Assembly (NCBI GenBank): GCA_020184695.1
Contig: JAANOX010000081.1
Span: 124,001 to 188,000, forward strand
From: Histomonas meleagridis 2922-C6/04-290x
Taxonomy: Eukaryota; Protista; Parabasalia
Reading direction: 5' to 3'
DNA: 64,000 nucleotides
Shown: one piece after another, positions 29,988-39,636 of the stretch
Layout: every line of letters starts with the position of its first letter
Numbering within the stretch: position 1 is the first letter of the stretch
The notes under the pieces: generated by a model
Database searches by the model: none
The model's input: only the letters and a program-made list of their open reading frames with translations
What the model was told of the DNA's origin: nothing
Translations under genes and position numbers: made by a program

Positions 29988-32129
29988 TTAATTATCTTTG
30001 TTTTCCTGTTCCCTTTTCTTTTTCCTTTCTTTCCTCAAATACATTGTTATTAAACTTGCGACAAAGCAAATTGTAATGATAGCCACAAATTCATCAAACC
30101 GGATAAAGGTCATTAACACAAACAATATAAAGAATGACACTGTTGTTGCTGCTTTCTTTGATCTTAAAGCTCCGCTCAAATTGATAGCACCATTTTGATT
30201 AAACACATTTTTCTTGTCTACCACTGAATCCATTACTTTCTTTTGATACAATGTTTCAAGTTCTGCATCATTATTAATTCCTACCTTTAATGGGATAAAT
30301 GGAATCTTTGCACTGACAATACGCGCCACCTTTATAAACACCTTATCAGAGAGCTGTCCTTGTGTAGCTAATGCGTGACCTGTTGTTTGAACCTTAGTAG
30401 GTTCTAACATTCTTGGAAATTTAGCACTACTACTACCTTGTTGAGGTGCACTAGTACCAACTCTAGGTCTTTGCTGTGCAGGCTGTTTTGTTTGGCCATG
30501 TAATTGCGGTAATCTTTTTGAAGTTCTTGCGCCAGAAGTTGGGGGTAATGGTGGTTCAGCAAACGAAACGGTTTTTGTGGATTTCGGTTTTTGCACTTTT
30601 TCAGGTACGTCCATGGGTCCCTTTCCCACTTTTTGACTGTCGGCCGTTTGTTTATCTTTATCTTTAACTTCATCTTTTCTATCTAAGAATTCACTCATTG
30701 AGTCAAATTGATTTGAAGATTGTAAATTATTAAAAGACAAAGAATCGCCATCATCCGGTGACATTTGTAAGAATGGTGACGACGAACTTAAGTTCAATGA
30801 GTCGAATTCATCACCATAATACGAACCGGATTGTAACATTTGAGAAGACTCATCATCAGTTTGCATTGCGAAAGGAGGTCTAAATGACGCAAGAGAATCC
30901 ATTTCATTATTCATTACCATCATTGCGGTACCTTCGAATGAGTACACGCTATCTAAAGTTAAGTCTTTTCCAGATGGTAATCTATTATTTCCGGCCAAAA
31001 TGCTTAACTTAGAATTATCTTCACTTAAGTTCGAGAAATCACTTTGTATGAGTCTTGCTGATGTTAAATCGACCGAATCTTGTAGCATTAATGATGAGTC
31101 GCTGAATGAGAATGTGCTTCCATCAGTTTCAATATTGGCGTCATTCATTTGATGTGAAAATGAATTCATCGGTGAAGTTGGTGTCAAAAAGTTCCGCAAA
31201 ACTTCTTTACGATCCATTCGCTCAGCCCGTTTAATGAATGGATGTTCCAAAAGTTGTGGAATACTCCATCGATCGTTCGGATTCATTTCCAAACAATGCG
31301 ACACGAAGTCACAAAATTCGGTCGAGTGCATAGCCGGGAAACGATATCCGGGGAAACCTTTGATCGCAATTTCGATCATAGCTTTTGTTGGTGAATATTC
31401 AACGTATGGAGGTGCACCTTCAGCGAGTTCTATAGCCGTAATACCAACGCTCCATATATCTGCGGAGAAACTATAAAGAATTCCACTGATAACTTCGGGC
31501 GCCATCCAATATGGGGTACCGACAATTGTCATTGTATGGCATGTACCGGATGCTTCAAATCTACGCGAAACACCAAAATCTGCAATACGGATTTCACCTT
31601 CTGACGTAAGTAAAATATTGGCCGATTTGATGTCTCTATGAACTATTCGATGTTTGGTATGGATTAACTCCAGCCCTTTAAGGAGATCATGGATGACAAG
31701 GGAAATCTGGTCCTCGCTGAGAACTTGTTCGTTTCTGTCCAAGATATCGCGAAACGAGCCAAGATCGCAATACTCCATAAGAATCATAAGAGAGTTATCG
31801 TACGGAACACTGCCGTAGTATTGGACTGTGTAATTGGAGCGCACTTCGCGCATAAGTTCGATTTCATGTTGAAGTTCTGATTTGGAAGATTCATCAACTA
31901 ATGTGGGATTGATAAGCTTCCCGGCTAAGATCTTCATGGAAGGCCGATGAACTATCTGGGAAACTGTACCAAAACCACCTTTGCCAATAACTTTTAATAC
32001 AGTAAATATTTCTCTGGGATTGACTGACTTATCAAACGTCCAGTTTAGCTCCTTGTCAATATGGACTTGGTGTGTAATTTGAAGGGGCTCTGATATTCTT
32101 GGTTTGGGTTGGAAAAGCTTCCCAAGCAT
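29988..32129 (-). CDS. STE20-family kinase with N-terminal CRIB-like motif and C-terminal hydrophobic membrane anchor
   Basis: ISEPLQITHQVHI; GKGGFG, LAGKLI, HRDIKSANIL, DFG, GTPYWMAPE; C-terminal hydrophobic segments followed by RKERKKKR. Confidence 0.92.
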   Translation of the reverse strand: MLGKLFQPKPRISEPLQITHQVHIDKELNWTFDKSVNPREIFTVLKVIGKGGFGTVSQIVHRPSMKILAGKLINPTLVDESSKSELQHEIELMREVRSNYTVQYYGSVPYDNSLMILMEYCDLGSFRDILDRNEQVLSEDQISLVIHDLLKGLELIHTKHRIVHRDIKSANILLTSEGEIRIADFGVSRRFEASGTCHTMTIVGTPYWMAPEVISGILYSFSADIWSVGITAIELAEGAPPYVEYSPTKAMIEIAIKGFPGYRFPAMHSTEFCDFVSHCLEMNPNDRWSIPQLLEHPFIKRAERMDRKEVLRNFLTPTSPMNSFSHQMNDANIETDGSTFSFSDSSLMLQDSVDLTSARLIQSDFSNLSEDNSKLSILAGNNRLPSGKDLTLDSVYSFEGTAMMVMNNEMDSLASFRPPFAMQTDDESSQMLQSGSYYGDEFDSLNLSSSSPFLQMSPDDGDSLSFNNLQSSNQFDSMSEFLDRKDEVKDKDKQTADSQKVGKGPMDVPEKVQKPKSTKTVSFAEPPLPPTSGARTSKRLPQLHGQTKQPAQQRPRVGTSAPQQGSSSAKFPRMLEPTKVQTTGHALATQGQLSDKVFIKVARIVSAKIPFIPLKVGINNDAELETLYQKKVMDSVVDKKNVFNQNGAINLSGALRSKKAATTVSFFILFVLMTFIRFDEFVAIITICFVASLITMYLRKERKKKREQENKDN

Positions 32130-33227
32130 TTCTAAAACCGCTTTTGATCGATGTAAACAATTGATTTTACTTCAATTACAACGAAATTTTTGAAAAAAGG
32201 TTTTGCCACCCTTTGAACGATATCGGATTTCTGTAGCTGTTGACGGTTTGAATACCATTACAGTTCATCAGACTGAGATCAATAAATCTACAATAAGGCA
32301 ATAATGGCCGAAACAAACAAACAAAAAGACTCTGCTATGAATTAGATATTCGTTCTTTTTCGAAAAATTATGAAAAATAGATATTAATTGTTTATCGTAT
32401 GATATTTACTCGATTTAATGAATAAAAAAGATTTAAAACTTGAAACACACAATATTTGATCAAAAGAAAATAAGATGTATTTTAGTAATAAAAATTATCA
32501 TTAATACGTTGTACTTTTTGGATGCATCTAATTTATAAGATCAATCTCCTTGTAGGTAGTTTGACTCAGGATCTAATGACTAATTCTTTGCAAAAATGGA
32601 TCTTCTAAAGATGCATAGTAAGACACCTTTTGCTTTAAATGAATTCATTCAATATTAAATCAGCATTGAATATTCAATCATTAAATGATCGTTGTAAAAA
32701 ACACTCTAAACCACTTTTGCCTCACATCGATAAAAAATTTTATAAAATGATCTTTTTTCCTAAAATTATTTTAAAAAGATATATAGTATTTTTATCCAAT
32801 AATTAGCTTCAAATTAGGGAGTTTGTTGTGAAATTATTATAAGAATTCAAGAATTATGCACAAAAAACCTCTCAAAATTGTTGTCTTGTCCTCATTGAAT
32901 ACTTGTTTATTGTCTAATTTTTGATTTTTGGCATTGAAAGACCTTAATTATAAAAAATTCATGAGTTGATTATCGATTTTTTTATGGAAAAGTGACGCAG
33001 GATAACCAATTATCGATGAATAAACCATTGAAAATGTAAAAAACCACTTGCTTTTTCAATAGTGTTGGCTTTTCAATATTTTTATTAGTCACAAAATCCC
33101 TTTTTAGGCAAGTTAACGTCTTTACTGGCTGAAAACCCCAAAAATTGATAACGTTGTTGGGATTTTGTCTATTGAAAAAGTTGTTTACATTCCCAGCGGT
33201 TTCTGTGAAATTTATTTAATTCTTCAA

Positions 33228-33770
33228 ATGGCCAAAGAACTGAAGATTGTTGCTGTTGGCGATGGTGCAGTCGGAAAGACATCCCTTTTGATGGTTTTAA
33301 ACAACAAGCCTTTCCCAGAACGCTATGTCCCAACCATTTTTGAAAACTACACCCAAGAAGTAACTATCCTTAATACTCCATACAAACTCCGTATCTGGGA
33401 TACAGCAGGACAAGATGAGTATGACCGTCTTCGTCCATTATCCTATAGTGGTGCTCATGTTATCTTGCTTTGCTTTGCCCTTGATTTGAAGCAATCCTTT
33501 GTTAACCTTACCGAAAGATGGATTGGAGAAGTCAAGCACTACTGTAGGGATGCTAAAATTATCCTTATTGGCACAAAGGCAGACTTGAGACAACCTGGAA
33601 ATCCAAACCATGTTTCTGACGAAGAAGCTATGCAATTCGTGAACGAACAAAAATGTGCCGATTATGTTGCTTGCTCACCAAAATCTGGCGAAGGCATTGA
33701 TAAAGTTTTCCCTGCGGCAGCTAAAGCTTGCAACCAAAAGAAGAAGAAGAAGGTTTGCACTCTTATTTAA
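33228..33770 (+). CDS. Rho/Rac family GTPase
   Basis: ATG at 33228; GDGAVGKT, YVPTIFENY, DTAGQDEYDRLRPLSY, TKAD, polybasic KKKKK and CAAX CTLI. Confidence 0.95.
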   Translation: MAKELKIVAVGDGAVGKTSLLMVLNNKPFPERYVPTIFENYTQEVTILNTPYKLRIWDTAGQDEYDRLRPLSYSGAHVILLCFALDLKQSFVNLTERWIGEVKHYCRDAKIILIGTKADLRQPGNPNHVSDEEAMQFVNEQKCADYVACSPKSGEGIDKVFPAAAKACNQKKKKKVCTLI

Positions 33771-34005
33771 AGGAGAACGCTGAATAATTTTTTTAACCAC
33801 ATTGAGAAAGTTTTTTTTTCCTTTCTTTGACAACATGCCCTTATCGTTTGTCAAAAATTGCCATATAAATAAAAACGATCGAAATTGTATTGAAAATATA
33901 CAATAGTGATTAAACTGTTGTTCTTAAAAAAAGTAAACGTACAACGCAGAAAAAAAACTTTTTTGACAAAATAGAAAACTTGTTAACGTTCAATAGTGGG
34001 AGCAA

Positions 34006-34917
34006 ATGGACATAGACAACCTCATTCAGAACTTAAGAGAACATATTCCAATTACTGAACATGAATTGCAAATGCTCTTCGATATTGCTGCAGAAATTCT
34101 TTATCAAGAAGGTGCTATAATTTCATTAAATACACCAATCACAGTTTGTGGTGATATTCATGGACAATTTTATGATCTTCTTCGTCTCTTTGAAGTTGGT
34201 GGTGATCCATCTAACGTACGTTATCTATTTCTTGGTGATTATGTTGATCGTGGCTATTATTCAGTTGAAACATTTGCACTTTTACTTGCATATAAAGTTA
34301 AATATCCTAATAGCTTTTATATGCTTCGTGGTAATCATGAATGTCGTCAAGTTAATCAAATGTATGGTTTTTATGATGAAATCATCAACAGATTTGGTCA
34401 TCCAGGTCCATATAAAATGTGCAATGAAATCTTTGATTATCTTCCCATTGCAGCCCTTATTGATGGTAAACTATTTTGTGTTCATGGAGGCTTATCACCA
34501 GATATTCGCGCAATTGAACAAATTGGAGTATATGAACGACGTAAAGAAATTCCAAGTAGCGGACCTATATCTGACCTTTGTTGGAGTGATCCTGATGAGA
34601 TTGAAGGATGGGGAATCAGTCAAAGAGGAGCTGGATATCTCTTTGGCAAGAACCCGACGAACGAATTTATTTATAATAATAAATTAAAAATGATTGCTAG
34701 AGCGCATCAACTTGCAATGGAAGGATTCCAATGGCATTTTGATGATAATAAACTTGTAACTGTTTGGTCTGCGCCAAATTATATGTATAGGTCTGGAAAC
34801 AAGGCGTCAGTGATGGTGGTGAACGAGCAGCTCGAATGTGACTTCAAGATATTTGAGGCTGTGCCTGATGACCAAAGAGTGAAGCCCGATGACTCAGTTC
34901 CACCTTACTTTGCTTAA
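34006..34917 (+). CDS. PP2A/PP4/PP6-like Ser/Thr phosphatase catalytic subunit
   Basis: GDIHG, GDYVDRG, RGNHE, HGGLSP, RAHQ, SAPNY; ends PPYFA. Confidence 0.96.
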   Translation: MDIDNLIQNLREHIPITEHELQMLFDIAAEILYQEGAIISLNTPITVCGDIHGQFYDLLRLFEVGGDPSNVRYLFLGDYVDRGYYSVETFALLLAYKVKYPNSFYMLRGNHECRQVNQMYGFYDEIINRFGHPGPYKMCNEIFDYLPIAALIDGKLFCVHGGLSPDIRAIEQIGVYERRKEIPSSGPISDLCWSDPDEIEGWGISQRGAGYLFGKNPTNEFIYNNKLKMIARAHQLAMEGFQWHFDDNKLVTVWSAPNYMYRSGNKASVMVVNEQLECDFKIFEAVPDDQRVKPDDSVPPYFA

Positions 34918-35318
34918 GAAAATAAAGACTTTCTGCTAAAGAAATAAAGAAATTTATTTTGATGTTTTTCATAAGAATGAAATATTGTTCAAAGTTTTAT
35001 TATTTTTGGAAGAATAATTATCAAAATTATATTTAAATGAGATATTTAAAGTTTGAATATGAAAAAGATATCTTTTGAATCAGCATTTTATTTGATTAAT
35101 ACTTAAATTATCCTTATACATTTTATATACATGTTTTTATATCTTCATCAGAATTTTGTTAAACAATAAAAATTTCAGTTTCAAGTAAAAATTATTCATT
35201 TTACTTGAATTATTATAAAAATTATTTTCAAAAAAAGAAATTCATTTAATTAAAACTGCCACATCAAATTTTGATGTTAAAACTAAATAAATATTTGTCA
35301 TTTAATTAATTTATCCAT

Positions 35319-36992
35319 TTAGCGCATTCCAGATCTTTTCTCCAACTTCTTCCTTAACTTTTCGGAGAATTTATCCTTCATTGATTGGTATAAATCAGAT
35401 GCAGTTGTTCTTAATCTTTCTGGAGCTTCAGCGAAACATATTATTAATGTATCACTCATCGTTTCTATTGGGAAGTCACACAACAAATAAATTCCTAATG
35501 TGAAGAACAAAGCGAAGAATGTTGAGAAAATAGCAGATACGTCCGAGTTCTCGATCATTTTACCAGCGAAGTAACCTAAACCAGCTCCACATAAAACGAA
35601 CACTAATAAATTATAAGTCAAAGCAGAACTAACCATAGAACTTTCGATCAAAACTTCGACATATCTATTGCAAGACATTTCCATGAATCTTCTGCAACCT
35701 TCTTTATAAGGAACGCCAAACAAAGCGCAATAGATCAAAGCGTATCTATTAATCCAAGAGAAACAAGACTCGATTACACATATTATACAATGAGCTATAC
35801 ATTTAAGTATTGTATATACAACTTGAGCTGCAGAATTATTATCATCGTCATTAAGATCAAGACGGATAATTGCACGACAAGCTTCGATAATAGCTAACCA
35901 TAAAGCAGCGCTTGTGCTACTACCGAAAGATGTCGTTGAAGCGCGCTTAAATGATTGCCATACAGGTGATCTCGGGTAATAAGCAGTGCCATTTAAGAAA
36001 TACCAAGTGCCTGCAAGACCTGCGCCAGTCATATACATTACGTAACCGAATGTATAAGAAATCCAATAATATGAAAATACTAAATATACATAGACAATTG
36101 CATTAACATGTTTATATTCGACGAAGAATATCATTAATGAAAATAATATGCCGATAATCATATCAACAATTGATTCGATTAATAGAACAAGAAGTAATGA
36201 TGGATTCTTCATCATTATATTTACTGAATGCTTCAGAATTGATGCCGAAAATGGTATATATTGACGATAGACGCAATAACAAATAAGTGCAATAAGTAAC
36301 AATATTCCTGGGAATATTAAATACCAATAGAGGCTAAAATGAAACATCGGATATATGATCAATACTAAGCTAATGATAACACCGATGAAGAATCCAAATT
36401 TAATGTAAACAATTGGTGCAAAACTAATATAAACAAGATGAATAGCATTGACTATTAATGCAATGAAAAATCCTACAAAAATTGCTTTCCAAAGTGAACT
36501 CTTAAACGCATATACATCAAGATCAGTTTCAGTAATTTCATTAGTGACTGAATTGGAATCATATGGATCCTTCTTAGCTGCAAGATAAATGAATACAATT
36601 AATGTGATTGCAAGATTAATGAGGAAAAAGATGACAAATATTAAATCGTTGCATTTGGTTTCTTTCCTCGTGTTGACGGAATAATTTTGTGGCTCAAATG
36701 CTTGTTGGTTATCCCAATAATAAGAATAGGCTGATTGATCACATGGAATTGTTGGTAGTTGTTCAACTTGAATTTGCTGGTAATTAATATGCTCATAGTC
36801 ATATTTGTAATTACCAATCTGTGGATGGTAATTATAAGGATTGGCTTGTACATCACCATATGGTTGGGCTGGTGGAACAGAGCCATCGCCAGGCTGATAA
36901 TTATTATTGTACGGCTGTTGGTATTGAGGTGTGCCATAGTTAGGTTGGTTAGTGCCATAACTTGGCTGATTTAACGGGGTATTCATATCCAT
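35319..36992 (-). CDS. Choline transporter-like (CTL/SLC44/Pns1) membrane protein
   Basis: About 10 TM segments; KCNDLIF, AGLAGTWYF, TTSFGS, NRYALIYCALFG..Y, DTLIICFAE; N-terminal QPxY repeats. Confidence 0.9.
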   Translation of the reverse strand: MDMNTPLNQPSYGTNQPNYGTPQYQQPYNNNYQPGDGSVPPAQPYGDVQANPYNYHPQIGNYKYDYEHINYQQIQVEQLPTIPCDQSAYSYYWDNQQAFEPQNYSVNTRKETKCNDLIFVIFFLINLAITLIVFIYLAAKKDPYDSNSVTNEITETDLDVYAFKSSLWKAIFVGFFIALIVNAIHLVYISFAPIVYIKFGFFIGVIISLVLIIYPMFHFSLYWYLIFPGILLLIALICYCVYRQYIPFSASILKHSVNIMMKNPSLLLVLLIESIVDMIIGILFSLMIFFVEYKHVNAIVYVYLVFSYYWISYTFGYVMYMTGAGLAGTWYFLNGTAYYPRSPVWQSFKRASTTSFGSSTSAALWLAIIEACRAIIRLDLNDDDNNSAAQVVYTILKCIAHCIICVIESCFSWINRYALIYCALFGVPYKEGCRRFMEMSCNRYVEVLIESSMVSSALTYNLLVFVLCGAGLGYFAGKMIENSDVSAIFSTFFALFFTLGIYLLCDFPIETMSDTLIICFAEAPERLRTTASDLYQSMKDKFSEKLRKKLEKRSGMR

Positions 36993-37374
36993 TTTTGAAG
37001 AAATTTTGTCAATTCACATTGCATAGTTTACGTAACGGCGTGCCATTTTTTTCTGAGTAATTTTCAATATTGAGTGATCGATCGACCAAATAGAAGCAAA
37101 ATGTGTAGTCATAATCATTTTGAGCTTTTATTATTTGTATTAATTTTTTTAATAAGTTGAAATACTATTAATTTTTTTTTGAAAATTAATTTATATTTAT
37201 GTGAAATTTTAAATGATTTAATGCTTTGAGTTAGATTATGTTATTTTAATTTGTTTTGTTGCTGTAATTTTGTTCAAAGTTCCAAATTATGATCGTACTA
37301 AGAATTGTGACGATTATAACCGTCCATTGAAAAAGCTGAAGAAAAAAATGTAAAAATTAACGGTCGACTTATAG

Positions 37375-37896
37375 ATGACTGAAGAAGAAAAGGAACAACA
37401 ACAACAACAAGAACAAGAAGAGCAACCAAAAATTGTTCAGCCAGCGCCATCTCCAAAAGTGTTAGAAATGATTGAAAGAACAATGAAACAGTTCTTTAGT
37501 CAAGGTGATCCAGATACAGGAGAGACTGCAACACATACATCTTTTTGTGTTTTGTATCGGTTTAATGAGGACAAATACGAAAGGTATAATGCGAGTGGCC
37601 AAGGTGTTGTTAGGATTCTTAAACATGATGATACAGGAAGATATCGTATCGTCATGAGAAGTAAAGAAGACTTCGACAAAATATACCTTAACCACTTCAT
37701 CTTGCCCGGAATGGACATTAGGGAAAAATCGCTTGAAAAAGGAAACGTTGTAATCAGATCAAAGAATTATGCCGACGGAACACTTAAGAAGGAATATGTA
37801 TTGTTTAAGTTCGCGACGCAAGAAGCTAAAGATGACTTTATCGAAAAGTATACAGAAGCGTTGAATCAAAACAAAGAAATTCTTACATCGAAATAA
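37375..37896 (+). CDS. RanBP1-type Ran-binding domain protein, divergent
   Basis: CVLYRF, G.G.VRILKH..TGRYRIVMR, YLNHFI, FKFATQE..DDF. Confidence 0.8.
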   Translation: MTEEEKEQQQQQEQEEQPKIVQPAPSPKVLEMIERTMKQFFSQGDPDTGETATHTSFCVLYRFNEDKYERYNASGQGVVRILKHDDTGRYRIVMRSKEDFDKIYLNHFILPGMDIREKSLEKGNVVIRSKNYADGTLKKEYVLFKFATQEAKDDFIEKYTEALNQNKEILTSK

Positions 37897-38479
37897 TGAA
37901 ATAATTTTTTTACACTAAAATTCTTTTTATCAATAAAACTTAATTTTACTCATTATAATATGGAAAATGTTTCAACAGAGAATTTCCAATAAATAAAATG
38001 GGAATTCGAGATATCAAATAGCTCATTCTTTCATTGGATAAATTGATATTATTACTAAAACTATTTATTTGTTTTGTTTAAAATTAATTTTAATCATTTT
38101 ACATTTCAAAATAATTTTCGGAAATTATTTAACTCAGCACTTTTGGAAATATATTCTTCAATTCATAAAGACGTTTTTAAATTACTTTCTAAGTATGAAA
38201 AGATAAATCTTAATTTTCAATATACTTGTATAGATATATGTTTTAATGGAAACTTGTAAATTGATATAAGTTGAGCTATAAATATGTTCATCTTCTTTTC
38301 CATTACCAAAATATTGATTTAGTTTATTATAAATTTAATAAAATTAAATAATTTAAAAAACTCATCTTCTCAAAAAAAAATCAAGAAATATTTAACAAAT
38401 ATTTTTAATTATAAAAATATTATTTAAAGCTCCAATCATCTTTTTGTTTTTTCCCCTGAAAATATTTGTTTACATTGAA

Positions 38480-38820
38480 TTGATTTATTACACCATGTTC
38501 ATATTTGCTCTTACAAAGTCCATTTCATTGGATGATTCTATGAAATTTTCTTGCTTGATAAAAATGATCAGAAAAATATTATGAACATGTTTAATTAGGT
38601 TTAGTGTTGCATAAAGGAATATCCAAACAAAAATTCTGATTAAATAAGATTATTAATTACTAATATTTTAAAGTTCTTATTTCATTTTGTAAAAATAAGA
38701 CACAATTCATTGCTAACTTATTGTCATTAATAATAGCACTCAATGTTTTAAATATAAAGTTTTCATGATCAATTTTTGGAATTTCTTTGCATATAGCACA
38801 AAATACAAAGTATTACTCCA
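38480..38820 (-). pseudogene. Highly decayed DUF3447-like remnant
   Basis: Fragments ICKEIPKIDHENFIFKTLSAIINDN and ARKFHR with stops and frameshifts; weak similarity only. Confidence 0.25.
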
Positions 38821-38951
38821 TAGATATATTATAAACACATATTTATTATAATAAATATATAATTATTTAGCATACTAAGATCTCTATGTAGTAAAAAATG
38901 AGTTATTAATTAGATTTTAATGGTAAAAGTTTATTATTAAAAAATAAATCT

Positions 38952-39515
38952 TCAAACATTATAACGCTTTGCACGAATTAATTTAACCACTTCAGTGTAA
39001 CCATAAAAAGAAGCTCTCATCAATGCTGTATCAAATGAATGAAACAATTCCCAAATATTATTTTTAAATACTAATATAACAAAACAAATATTAAACAGGA
39101 AATATAAATATTTTTAGTATCAATATCAATACCTTTATGTTCAAGAAGTAATTTAACTGTTTCTATTTGATTATATAAAGATGCACAAAAAAGTGCTGTT
39201 TCAAATAATTTATATAATTTCCAAATATTATTATGAAATATCAAATTATCAAATTAAACATTATCTTTGGCATTAACATCAATACCTTTACGTTCGAGAA
39301 GCAGTTAAATTTAACTATCTCTGTATGACCATAAAAAGAAGCTTCGGCAAGTGGGGTTCGAAATATTATAAATAAATATCAAACATCATCATGAAATTTC
39401 ATATTATAAAAACAATTATGAGAAAAAACAAAATAACATTTTTAACATTTATATCAATATCATCATGTTTAAGTAATGAATTAACAATCTCAATTTTATT
39501 AAATCTAAATGCTAA
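38952..39515 (-). repeat. Spacer-interrupted ankyrin array, locus B (four units)
   Basis: Units ..IEIVNSLLKHDDIDINVKN, TPLAEASFYGHTEIVK (4-nt insertion), TALFCASLYNQIETVKLLLEHKGIDIDTKN, TALMRASFYGYTEVVKLIRAKRYNV*. Spacers are 80, 63 and 80 nt. Confidence 0.85.
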
Positions 39516-39588
39516 TTATTATTCATTCATTTCGACAATTTTAACAAACACCACTTTTTAAATGTATTTTAATCGATCAAAGATGGGA

Positions 39589-39628
39589 AAAGTGACAACA
39601 TATCGCTTCATAATAACCGAAAAGTGAC
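39589..39628 (+). promoter_or_regulatory. Two AAAGTGAC (M2-like) motifs upstream of the ATG at 39637
   Basis: AAAGTGAC at 39589-39596 and 39621-39628. Further copies at 32989 (+) and 58253 (-), all intergenic. Confidence 0.5.
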
Positions 39629-39636
39629 TATGGAAG

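Noticed and set aside
32228-32271. CTGATGA...GAAA on the minus strand resembling a hammerhead ribozyme core
   Set aside because: The stem II closing pair is A-A and stems I and III cannot be formed.
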